The notes under the pieces were generated by a model. The model saw only the letters and a list, made by a program, of their open reading frames with translations, searched no databases and had not been told where the DNA came from. A program made the translations under genes and the position numbers. Source: Candidatus Sumerlaeaceae bacterium (GTDB lineage: Bacteria > Sumerlaeota > Sumerlaeia > Sumerlaeales > Sumerlaeaceae). From it: a stretch of 64,000 bases of DNA. Positions 19,533 through 28,542 of the stretch are shown in pieces. The stretch lies in contig JBPCLP010000017.1 of assembly GCA_051003195.1 (NCBI GenBank), forward strand, positions 32,001-96,000. Direction: 5' to 3'. How positions within the stretch are numbered: the stretch's first letter is position 1; the number at the start of each line of letters is the position of its first letter.

Positions 19533-20945
19533 GTGATTAGAAGCGTTGGAGCACTACGGAACGTCTGGAAGATTCCGGATCTGAAGCGTAAGATCCTCTA
19601 CACCCTGATGATCTTGTTCGTTTACCGCATCGGTGCGCATATTCCAACGCCATTTGTGGATCGAGCACAACTGGCTGAATTCGTGGACCGGCAGCGCACG
19701 GGTCTTGGCGCCGGCCTGTTCCAGGTGATGGATCTGTTCAGTGGAAAAGCCTTTGAACAGATGAGCGTGTTCGCGCTTGGAATCATGCCCTACATCAGTG
19801 TTTCGATTATCCTCCAGTTACTTACGGTCGTCTATCCGAAGCTTCAGAAAATCCAGCAGGAAGGCGCGCTGGGCCAGCGTAAGATCAACCGTATGACCCG
19901 CCAGTTTACCATCGCACTTGCGCTACTGCAGAGCTTTGGGCTCGCCGTTACGTTGAAGGCCCAGGGGCTGACCTATTTCGTTGGCAGCTATTCCTGGATA
20001 TTCCTCTTCACCACGATGATTGCGATGACGACCGGCACTGCGTTTGTCATGTGGCTTGGTGAGCGCATTACGGAACAAGGCATAGGCAACGGTATTTCAT
20101 TGATTATCGCCGTAGGTATCCTGGCGCATTATCCCTCTGATCTCACTCAGTTGATTACATTGATGCAGAGTGGCGCGCTTGAGTGGATCTGGCTGATTGC
20201 CATCGCGGTGCTGTTCGGCATCTCGACAATGGCAATTATTCTGATTCAGGACGGAACACGACGCATCCCCATGCAGCACGCTAAGCGCGTGGTGGGGCGG
20301 CGCGTCATGTCGGGTGGTACAAATTATCTGCCGTTGAAGGTGAACACGGCCGGTGTAATCCCCGTGATCTTCGCGTCGGCCATTCTCGCCTTTCCAACCT
20401 TCCTGGCCTCATTATTCAGTGGCGGGGATGAGACGGGTGGAGTGCTCGGGAATCTATTCCGGCTGGAGTCATCTTATAATCTCTACAATGCGGCGAACAT
20501 GGAGAACTGGGGCGGAGGATTTTTTAACCTCTTCAAGAGCGTTAATCTTCATATCTTGCTGTTCGCACTGCTTACGGGCTTCTTCTGCTATTTTTACACG
20601 GCTGTGGCCTTTAACCCGGATGATGTTGCGAACAATTTGAAGAAGAGCGGCTCGTTCATACCCGGAAAGCGTCCCGGAAAGCCGACCAGCGAATACATCG
20701 ATTATGTGCTGACGCGGGTAACGACTGTCGGAGCATTCTTTCTTGTCGCGATTGCGGTGACGCCTCTCGTTTTGCAGGTTTCCTTTAATATGCCGTATCA
20801 GGCCATGTCCTTTGTGGGTGGAACCGGGCTTATTATTGTCGTCGGTGTGCTTCTTGACACGCTCAAGCAGATCGAGTCGCAATTGCTCATGCGTCACTAC
20901 GAAGGCTTTGCAATGCGCCGTACGTCCACGGCGAAGTGGCGCTGA
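19533..20945 (+). CDS. secY: Preprotein translocase subunit SecY
   Basis: FALGIMPYIS, GIGNGISL, AGVIPVIFA, IPGKRPG. Confidence 0.99.
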   Translation: MIRSVGALRNVWKIPDLKRKILYTLMILFVYRIGAHIPTPFVDRAQLAEFVDRQRTGLGAGLFQVMDLFSGKAFEQMSVFALGIMPYISVSIILQLLTVVYPKLQKIQQEGALGQRKINRMTRQFTIALALLQSFGLAVTLKAQGLTYFVGSYSWIFLFTTMIAMTTGTAFVMWLGERITEQGIGNGISLIIAVGILAHYPSDLTQLITLMQSGALEWIWLIAIAVLFGISTMAIILIQDGTRRIPMQHAKRVVGRRVMSGGTNYLPLKVNTAGVIPVIFASAILAFPTFLASLFSGGDETGGVLGNLFRLESSYNLYNAANMENWGGGFFNLFKSVNLHILLFALLTGFFCYFYTAVAFNPDDVANNLKKSGSFIPGKRPGKPTSEYIDYVLTRVTTVGAFFLVAIAVTPLVLQVSFNMPYQAMSFVGGTGLIIVVGVLLDTLKQIESQLLMRHYEGFAMRRTSTAKWR

Positions 20946-20961
20946 CGAGAACCTATCCCAC

Positions 20962-21674
20962 TTGGAAATTTCCGCTAACAAAATATACGGCAACGACCCA
21001 CTCAACGTCATCCTGTTCGGGCCTCCAGGGTCGGGCAAAGGCACGCAGGCCAAGCACCTGGTCAAGGCGCATGGTTTTACTCACGTGTCGACCGGCGATA
21101 TCCTGCGCGAAGAGACTAAAAGTAACACCGCGCTGGGCAGGCTGGCCAGCGGCTTCATGCGTGAAGGCCGGCTCGTGCCTGACAAATATATCGGGGACAT
21201 GGTAAAAAAAAACTCTGCGAGCTGAAGGGTCACGGCGCCAGCATACTTTTTGACGGCTACCCGAGAACCCGCCCGCAGGCAGAACAGCTAGACCAGATAT
21301 TCCACGTCGCCGACCTGATGCTAAACGGCGTCATCGCAATGATGGTGGATCCAGAGGTACTTATTGCGCGCATCACCGCGCGCCGTACATGCTCTACCTG
21401 TAACACCATCGTTAATCTTTCGCTTGATCCCCTGAACACATTTTCGCGTTGCCCGGCCTGCGGCGGCGAGCTCGTACACCGCGACGACGACAATGAGACG
21501 GTTGTTCGCCGGCGCATCGAGGAATACCACGAGGCCACCGAGCCGCTGCTGGATTACTACAAGAACCGCGGGCAGCTTTATCCCATCGAGGGCCTTGGAA
21601 CGGTTAACGACGTAGGGATGCGCATTGCGGAAGTTCTCGATAATCTCGATCGCGCGCGCCGGGAACACGCCTGA
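20962..21674 (+). CDS. adk: Adenylate kinase with Zn-binding LID, split by a one-base frameshift at an A9 run (21204-21212)
   Basis: Frame 1: GPPGSGKGTQA, STGDILRE, GRLVPD; frame 2: LFDGYPRT, CSTC...CPAC, RDDD; lies between secY and map. Confidence 0.9.
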
Positions 21675-22426
21675 TGGCGAAGAAAGTCGAGCTGAAGTCC
21701 GAGGCTGAACTTCAAAAAATGCGCGAAGCCGGCATCCTGCTCCGTAAAGTGTTTAACGAGATCGGTAACCGTGTCGCCCCGGGAGTTACAACAGCACAAC
21801 TGGACCAGGTTGCACGTAAGTGCATCGAAGATGGCGGCGCTAAACCCGCCTTTCTCGGGTACCTGGGATACCCTGCCACGCTGTGCACGTCCGTGAATGA
21901 GGAAGTGGTGCATGGAATACCCAGCAGCCGCACGCTGAACGAGGGCGACATCGTGTCCATTGACTGCGGCCTGGTGCTAAATGGATTCTACGCCGATACC
22001 GCGACGACGTACGCAGTGGGCACCATCAGCGAAGAAGCACAGCAGTTGCTCAAGGCCACACGTGAAAGCCTGGACCGCGCAATCGAGCACATGGTGGTGG
22101 GCAACCGTATCGGCACAGTGTCGTCCGCGGTGCAACAGTACGTGGAGGAGCGTGGTTACTCAGTGGTGCGCGACTATACGGGTCATGGCATCGGACGCGC
22201 CATGCACGAGCCTCCGCAGATACCGAACTTCGGCGATGCAGACACCGGCTTCCGTCTGCGTCCTGGGTTGGTGCTGGCAATCGAGCCGATGGTAAACGCA
22301 GGAACCTACAAAACCAAAACTCTGAAGGACGGCTGGACGGTCGTCACTGCCGATGGGGCACTTTCGGCGCACTTCGAACACACCATCGCCGTCACCGAAA
22401 ACGGGCCGATGATTCTCACCGCTTAG
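21674..22426 (+). CDS. map: Methionine aminopeptidase type I
   Basis: SVNEEVVHGIP, GHGIGRAMHE, AIEPM, SAHFEHT. Confidence 0.98.
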   Translation: MAKKVELKSEAELQKMREAGILLRKVFNEIGNRVAPGVTTAQLDQVARKCIEDGGAKPAFLGYLGYPATLCTSVNEEVVHGIPSSRTLNEGDIVSIDCGLVLNGFYADTATTYAVGTISEEAQQLLKATRESLDRAIEHMVVGNRIGTVSSAVQQYVEERGYSVVRDYTGHGIGRAMHEPPQIPNFGDADTGFRLRPGLVLAIEPMVNAGTYKTKTLKDGWTVVTADGALSAHFEHTIAVTENGPMILTA

Positions 22427-22611
22427 AGCTTTATGATCCGACTATTGCCAGACGACCCGATCGCGTTTATTAAAGAGAGGGCACTGCTCAGGCACCTGTA
22501 CTTGCCCCCATTCATCGGTTATCCGCGGTCGCGGCGGGGGCGCAGGAAATCCAGGTACACGAGCTTGAAATCATTCTCTTCGCTGCGTGAAGGTCATTTG
22601 CAACCTCTCCA

Positions 22612-23190
22612 ATGCTGAACGATAAGTCAGACAGGTGCTACACAGCATATGACCGTGTAGTAGAATACGGCGCGATCGGTAGTACCGAGTCCCAGCATCG
22701 CGGCACAATTCTCTCGTTCCTCCAATCCCATCACGACCCATTCGACCGCGCACACCTGCACGCGCATCTCACCGGCAGCGCGCTTATTGTTTCCTTCGAC
22801 GGCACGCGCGTGCTGCTTGGCTATCATCGTAAGCTGAGCCGCTGGCTGCAGATGGGCGGCCATGGCGAACCTGGCGAGACTGATCCTTTAGTCGTAGCGA
22901 TGCGTGAAGCGCGTGAAGAGTCCGGTGTCCACGATCTCCGCCTCGACAGCCGGGCACCTGCGCCCATTGACGTGGACGTCCACACCATACCGGCACGTTG
23001 CGACGTCCCCGAACACCTGCACCTCGACATTCGGTTCCTGCTGCGCGCACCCGCCGATGCCGCGCCGGCGTGCCATCTGGACGAGCAGGATGATCTGCGC
23101 TGGTTCTTGTGGGACGAGGTAGAATATCTGGAGCTCGATCCTTCTCTTGTACGGCTGATCGCCAAGGCCCGCGGTTACGCGCGCGCATGA
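22612..23190 (+). CDS. NUDIX hydrolase (start uncertain)
   Basis: HLTGSA, WLQMGGHGEPGE...AMREAREESG Nudix box, HLHLDIRF. Confidence 0.88.
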   Translation: MLNDKSDRCYTAYDRVVEYGAIGSTESQHRGTILSFLQSHHDPFDRAHLHAHLTGSALIVSFDGTRVLLGYHRKLSRWLQMGGHGEPGETDPLVVAMREAREESGVHDLRLDSRAPAPIDVDVHTIPARCDVPEHLHLDIRFLLRAPADAAPACHLDEQDDLRWFLWDEVEYLELDPSLVRLIAKARGYARA

Positions 23191-24431
23191 GGATACTTTT
23201 TCTACACCAGCATTTCCACCCGGAAACCGTTGGGACCTCCACGCGCGCGGTTGAGATCGTCGAATACCTCGTGCAGCATGGCCACGATGTGACTGTCGTC
23301 ACAGGAATTCCAAGTCACCCATCCACAATGACGAATGCGGAGGTCTCACGTGACCAGCCGCGGTTCGAGGAATTCCGTGGGGCGCATCTGTACCGCACAT
23401 GGGCATATGGATCAAGTAGACGTGACGCATTTCTTCGGCGCATGCTGACCTATGGCAGCTTCATGATCCTCGGGGGCTTCAAGGCGCTTTTCCTTCGTGG
23501 CAAGTTCGATGTGCTGGTTGCGATCAGCCCACTTCCGAATGGTGTCGCGGCATGGATGGTCAGCAGGCTGCGGCGCTTGCCGCTGATGTTCGACGTTTGT
23601 GACATCTGGCCCGATTGCGCGGTGGCGGTCGGCATGCTAAACCGGACACCCATGCTGCGCCTTGCGCAATGGCTGGAGAAGCGAGTATATCTCAACTCGC
23701 GCCGAATTGGCGTGGTAACCCCTGGGTTCACCGACAATATTGCCGGTAAGGGAATACCACGCGAAACGATCTCTCTGCTGCCCGACTGGGTTGACCCCGA
23801 TATCTATGATCCAGCCAAAGTTGACCGCGAAGCCACGCGCCTGCAGTATGATCTGGATGGAAAGTTCGTCGTCTCATTCCTCGGAAACTTCGGGCTGCTG
23901 ATGGGCCTCGAGGCAATCCTGGATATTGCTCAGCGGCTTCGAGATCGTGCTCCAGACGTGCTGTTTCTCTTTGTCGGTAAAGGTGTTGCACTGCCAATGA
24001 TGCAGGACCGGGTAGACAGGGAGTCGCTCCAAAATGTGCGCATTCTGCCCTATCAGCCCCGTGCCGAAGTGCCAGGGTTGCTTGTGGCGTCCGATGTATT
24101 GATCGTCACCTATAAGACCACCGACATCACAATGATCACTGTCCCATCGAAGATCTACGAGTACCTCGCCATTGCTCGCCCCATTGTGGCTGGAGTAGAG
24201 GGAGTCATTCGCGAAATCCTTCTGCAGTCCGGTGCAGGATTCATTTCCCCATCTCGTGATCCCGAGGAAATGGCTGAGTTCATCCTTCGCCTGAAAGCGG
24301 ACCCTGCACTTCGAGCGAAAATGGGCGCGCGTGGGCGCCAGTACGCAATCGAACACTTCTCGTTTGGCAGGGTCGCGGCGGACTACGAGCGGACAATAGG
24401 CGAAACTCTGAGTGGGTCCGCTACCAGGTGA
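23187..24431 (+). CDS. Glycosyltransferase family 4 (WbuB-like)
   Basis: MRILFLHQHFHPE, DIWPD, PSKIYEYLA; ATGA overlap with the NUDIX gene. Confidence 0.9.
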   Translation: MRILFLHQHFHPETVGTSTRAVEIVEYLVQHGHDVTVVTGIPSHPSTMTNAEVSRDQPRFEEFRGAHLYRTWAYGSSRRDAFLRRMLTYGSFMILGGFKALFLRGKFDVLVAISPLPNGVAAWMVSRLRRLPLMFDVCDIWPDCAVAVGMLNRTPMLRLAQWLEKRVYLNSRRIGVVTPGFTDNIAGKGIPRETISLLPDWVDPDIYDPAKVDREATRLQYDLDGKFVVSFLGNFGLLMGLEAILDIAQRLRDRAPDVLFLFVGKGVALPMMQDRVDRESLQNVRILPYQPRAEVPGLLVASDVLIVTYKTTDITMITVPSKIYEYLAIARPIVAGVEGVIREILLQSGAGFISPSRDPEEMAEFILRLKADPALRAKMGARGRQYAIEHFSFGRVAADYERTIGETLSGSATR

Positions 24432-25363
24432 GCGGGCAACCAGCCGGTCAGCCAGGCGAACCGGAACCGCAGCACGGCACGGTGCGGCTCAGTATTATCA
24501 TCGTGAACTGGAATACACGCGATCTGCTCTGCGCCTGCCTGGATTCCCTGCGAAGCGTTCTGGATGATCCAGGACACGAGGTTCTTGTCGTCGACAATGG
24601 GTCTTCGGACGGCAGCGTTGAGATGGTCCGTACGGAATTTGCTGCCGTGCGCCTCCTGTCGCTGAACCAGAACCTGGGCTTTAGCCGAGGTAATAACGTC
24701 GCCCTGGCACAAGCGCGAGGCAAGTACCTGATGCTGCTTAACAGCGACACGGAGATCATCGGCGATGCGCTGGAAACGATGTGCAACTTTCTCGACCAGA
24801 ACCCAACCGTGGGCGCGTTGGGGCCGCAGCTCCTCAATCCGGATGGCACGGTACAGCTTTCCTGCCGAACCTTTCCATCTTACAAAACCGCGTTGTTCCA
24901 CCGGAAGTCTCTGATTACAAAACTGTTTCCGCGAAACCGATTTTCGCAGCAGTACCTGATGACCGGCATCGGGCACGGCAAAACCATGGAAGTCGATTGG
25001 GTGATTGGCGCGTGCCTGATGACGCGACGCGCCGTGGTCGAGCAGGTCGGCCTCCTGGATGAAGAGTTCTTCATGTACGCTGAAGATGTGGACTGGTGCT
25101 ATCGCATGCGGCTTGCCGGTTGGGCCATTGTGTACGTGCCGGAAGCGCAGGTGCTGCACCACTACGAGAAGTCTGCCGTAAAGATGCCCTACCGTATGAA
25201 CTTCCAGCGCCATCGCAGCATGTGGAGATTCTACATGAAACATTACAGCCGTGGCATCATGCTCCTGGATGTCGCCACGTTTATTGGAATCGTTACAAGG
25301 TTCGTGCTTATGCTCACGCGCAATGCGGTGCATTCGGCTTTTGGAGGAGAGAAACGCCCATGA
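24428..25363 (+). CDS. Glycosyltransferase family 2 (WbbL/rhamnosyltransferase-like)
   Basis: IIIVNWNT, VVDNGSSDGS, NLGFSRGNN, LLNSD, FMYAEDVDWC. Confidence 0.92.
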   Translation: MSGQPAGQPGEPEPQHGTVRLSIIIVNWNTRDLLCACLDSLRSVLDDPGHEVLVVDNGSSDGSVEMVRTEFAAVRLLSLNQNLGFSRGNNVALAQARGKYLMLLNSDTEIIGDALETMCNFLDQNPTVGALGPQLLNPDGTVQLSCRTFPSYKTALFHRKSLITKLFPRNRFSQQYLMTGIGHGKTMEVDWVIGACLMTRRAVVEQVGLLDEEFFMYAEDVDWCYRMRLAGWAIVYVPEAQVLHHYEKSAVKMPYRMNFQRHRSMWRFYMKHYSRGIMLLDVATFIGIVTRFVLMLTRNAVHSAFGGEKRP

Positions 25364-26271
25364 ATCGTATTACTGCGGAAGTTCTTTGCGGCTTCTTTGC
25401 ATTCGCGGCGGCCATTGTGTCCGGCTATGCCTGTTGGGAATATCTCCGGCCCGAGAAGCTTCGCGCACGTTTTTCCGAGGACAGCCTCAACTATCGCAGG
25501 TGGCTTGCACTTTCTTCGACTCTGCCGATACTTCTGGGGTATAGCGGCGGATTTATCGCGCTGCTGATCCTCTCAGGCGAGATTCTACCCGGAGATCGTT
25601 TCTATCCCATATCAGATGCCATCCGCATTGCGCTGGTGCCACTGGTTGCAGGGCTGGCTTTCATCACCGTGGACTTTATATTGCCGCCTGGTTTGGCCCC
25701 GGTGCGCAATACCTTTACCCGTCAGCGGGTGGGGAGCAGCGCCTGGCGCCTGCCTGCGATATTGGTGATTGTGCTGGCAGTCGCGCTGGGTGGAGCTGCC
25801 AGCGGCATTCAATTTCCGCTGGTCTCTGTCGGTCGAGAACAGGTGGTGGAGCTGGGCCAATACTCTGTTGCAGCCTCCATCGTGTGGCTGGTGCTCGCGA
25901 CACTGATTGTAAAATTGCTGGATGGTCTTGATGGTGCCGCGTCTATGCTGCTCTTGCTTTGCGCAGGTGTGGTTTACTATACCACTGCCTCAACCCTCGA
26001 GTACTTTCTTAATGCGTTCAGCGTCATCCTGATGGGACTGGTGATCGGATCCCTCCGGTTCCATTTGTATCCCGCGCGGATGCCGTTGCGTGGCGGCGGG
26101 ACCTTGTTCATCGGCTACCTGTTTGCAGTACTCACCGTTCTCGCCAGGCAAAAGTCTGTGACGGCAGGGCTGGTGGTTATTCCGCTCCTGTTATTTGCAC
26201 TCGTGCTTGGCGGGGCAATGCTTGGCTTCCTGGAGCGAACGCTGACGTTGCGAAAGGATCGCAGCGAGTGA
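25360..26271 (+). CDS. MraY/WecA (PNPT)-like membrane protein with degenerate catalytic motifs
   Basis: Multi-TM; KLLDGLDG (cf. NxxDGLDG) and RFHLYPARMPLRGGG (cf. FNxxPAxIFMGDxG); GGAGG SD. Confidence 0.7.
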   Translation: MNRITAEVLCGFFAFAAAIVSGYACWEYLRPEKLRARFSEDSLNYRRWLALSSTLPILLGYSGGFIALLILSGEILPGDRFYPISDAIRIALVPLVAGLAFITVDFILPPGLAPVRNTFTRQRVGSSAWRLPAILVIVLAVALGGAASGIQFPLVSVGREQVVELGQYSVAASIVWLVLATLIVKLLDGLDGAASMLLLLCAGVVYYTTASTLEYFLNAFSVILMGLVIGSLRFHLYPARMPLRGGGTLFIGYLFAVLTVLARQKSVTAGLVVIPLLLFALVLGGAMLGFLERTLTLRKDRSE

Positions 26272-26918
26272 GTCCCGAGTCACCCATTGTTTTAGCGTCC
26301 GCCTCGCCGCGCCGTCGCCAGATTCTTGAGATGCTCCGAATTCCGTTTCGTGTCGAAGCAGCCGACGTTGACGAGCGTGCGATTGAGTATCGCCTGCCGC
26401 GTGAACTCGCAATAAAAGCGGCATTCCTGAAAGCAGTCGAAGTGGCGAGCAGGCAGACCGCAGGCACTATTGTGGTCGCGGCTGATACGATTGTGGTTCT
26501 TGAGAACACCGTCTACGGAAAACCAGAGACGGTATCCCAGGCGCGCGAATTTCTAGCGCAGCTCGCCGGTCGAGCTCATACGGTTATTACTGGCATCGCA
26601 GTTCAGGAAGCCGCCAGATCGAGCCTGCTGGATGCAGTCGAATCCAGGGTCTTCATTCAGCCACTCACCCCAGAGCAGATTGCGGATTACGTAGCCACTG
26701 GTGAACCGATGGACAAAGCCGGCGCCTATGCCGCGCAGGGTGAAGGTCGGAAGCTCATCCAGAGAATTGACGGTGACTTCTTTAATGTGGTTGGCCTGCC
26801 GGCTGCCCGCTTTCTGGAAATGCTGAGCAGCTACATGGAAGTCGCCGAGTATCGCGGTACTTTAAAGAAGCTCTCGCCCGAAGCCTTTGACGCTTTCGCT
26901 GATCGCCGCGATAAATAA
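26268..26918 (+). CDS. maf: Maf family nucleoside triphosphate pyrophosphatase
   Basis: LASASPRR, ADT, GKP, GEPMDKAGAY, NVVGLP. Confidence 0.93.
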   Translation: MSPESPIVLASASPRRRQILEMLRIPFRVEAADVDERAIEYRLPRELAIKAAFLKAVEVASRQTAGTIVVAADTIVVLENTVYGKPETVSQAREFLAQLAGRAHTVITGIAVQEAARSSLLDAVESRVFIQPLTPEQIADYVATGEPMDKAGAYAAQGEGRKLIQRIDGDFFNVVGLPAARFLEMLSSYMEVAEYRGTLKKLSPEAFDAFADRRDK

Positions 26919-26977
26919 AAATGGCTGGTATGAAGTAGCAGTTGCTGAATGACTTACCTGGCAGAAGGGATGTCTGT

Positions 26978-27820
26978 GTGTCCAGCAGTGCTCATTTAGA
27001 CGAGTTTGCCCGGGTTGCAGGTCTGCCGGAAGCCGAGTTGGACATCGGATATGCCGCATTGCTGATCGCTGCATGCGAATACCCGGAACTCGACATAAAA
27101 GCTTACATGCGTCGCCTCGATATGCTGAGTGCCGGTGTTGCCGAGCGAATGCCTTCGGGTGCCGACCCTCTTGAGCAGGTCACCATCATCAATGAGTTCC
27201 TGTTTCGCCAGCGGCACTTCCGCGGGAACGCCGAAAACTACTACGACCCGCGCAACAGCTACCTGAACGAAGTGATAGACCGGCGCCTCGGCATTCCCAT
27301 CACGATGTCCATTCTGTACATCGAAATCGCCAAGCGGTTGAGGCTGCCGATTCGAGGCGTTGGGCTGCCGGGACACTTCGTTGTGCGTTACGATGCGCCA
27401 CGCATCGACCTGTTTGTCGATCCATTCAACGGAGGCCGCCTGCTTACTTCCGACGATTGCCATGAGCTGGTATTGCGTTCGCTGGGCGGACATCATGCGG
27501 TCAGCTTCGGGCATTTCATTCAGCCCATTGGCAACAGGTCCATCCTGATTCGGGTTCTCACAAACCTTAAGGTCATTTACTTTCACCAGTCGGATGCCGA
27601 GCGCGTTGTGCGTGCTCTCAACCAGATTATCCAACTGAACCCGCAATCCACGGACGAATACAAGGAGCGGGGCCTTCTGCACCTCGCCGCTCACAGGTAT
27701 CGCGCGGCACTGGTCGATCTTACAACCTACCTCGAGCGTTGCCCGGATGCCCCGGACGCCGATCTGGTGCACCATCGCGTTGACATGATTTGCGCGACGC
27801 TCGGCACGAGCTTCGAATAG
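26978..27820 (+). CDS. SirB1 / transglutaminase-like core protein with TPR
   Basis: FRGNAENYYDPRNSYL..VIDRRLGIPI, GLPGHF, DPFNGG; GTG at 26978 after AAGGGA (alternative start 26942). Confidence 0.88.
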   Translation: MSSSAHLDEFARVAGLPEAELDIGYAALLIAACEYPELDIKAYMRRLDMLSAGVAERMPSGADPLEQVTIINEFLFRQRHFRGNAENYYDPRNSYLNEVIDRRLGIPITMSILYIEIAKRLRLPIRGVGLPGHFVVRYDAPRIDLFVDPFNGGRLLTSDDCHELVLRSLGGHHAVSFGHFIQPIGNRSILIRVLTNLKVIYFHQSDAERVVRALNQIIQLNPQSTDEYKERGLLHLAAHRYRAALVDLTTYLERCPDAPDADLVHHRVDMICATLGTSFE

Positions 27821-27865
27821 CTTTTTTGCGTTGCTTCGGCTGTTGCTGCCCCATGAAGTAGTCTT

Positions 27866-28354
27866 ATGACTTCGACAGAAACGCTCATTGATCAAACACT
27901 CGGTCTTCGGCAGTTGATCGTAAAGCTATTGAAATCCATACCGCTGGAGCAGGCGGACAACATCCCCCCGACGTGGCACAACAATGCTCGATGGCATGCG
28001 GGCCACCTGGTCGTAACGCCTGCGATGCTCACCCATGGAATACTCAAAGAACCGCTGGGCGTTCCCGAGGAATTTCGCACCTGGTTTGCCAAGGGCAGCA
28101 GCCCGGCAGGATGGGGGAATGATTCCGTTCCTGATTACCATGACTTGTGCGACGATCTACTACCTGCCAGTGGGAGGCTCTTCGAAGCAATGCGCAGCCG
28201 CATGGATGATGCCTTCATGGAGCCGTACACCACGTCCACAGGCGTGGTGCTTCACACGCCTGCCCAGGCACTGAACTTCAGCCTTGCGCACGACGGCATT
28301 CATCTCGGGATGCTGATGGCCCTCAAGCGCGGCCTCGATGCGATGCACCGTTGA
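27866..28354 (+). CDS. DinB family protein
   Basis: NNARWHAGHL, HDGIHLG. Confidence 0.85.
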   Translation: MTSTETLIDQTLGLRQLIVKLLKSIPLEQADNIPPTWHNNARWHAGHLVVTPAMLTHGILKEPLGVPEEFRTWFAKGSSPAGWGNDSVPDYHDLCDDLLPASGRLFEAMRSRMDDAFMEPYTTSTGVVLHTPAQALNFSLAHDGIHLGMLMALKRGLDAMHR

Positions 28355-28542
28355 GCCACTGACCCACATTCCTAATTTTTTCGAATCACAAACGCACAGC
28401 GCTCTTGACGCATCCCTCAGCCCGGCGCAGGCCTAGTGTGCCGAATAGAAGTTCCTATCCAGTTTGAGCCCGGAAGATGAGCTCAATTCGGCACGCAGAA
28501 CCGAATACGAATTAACGGTAGCCCACACTAGGCAGTACACAC

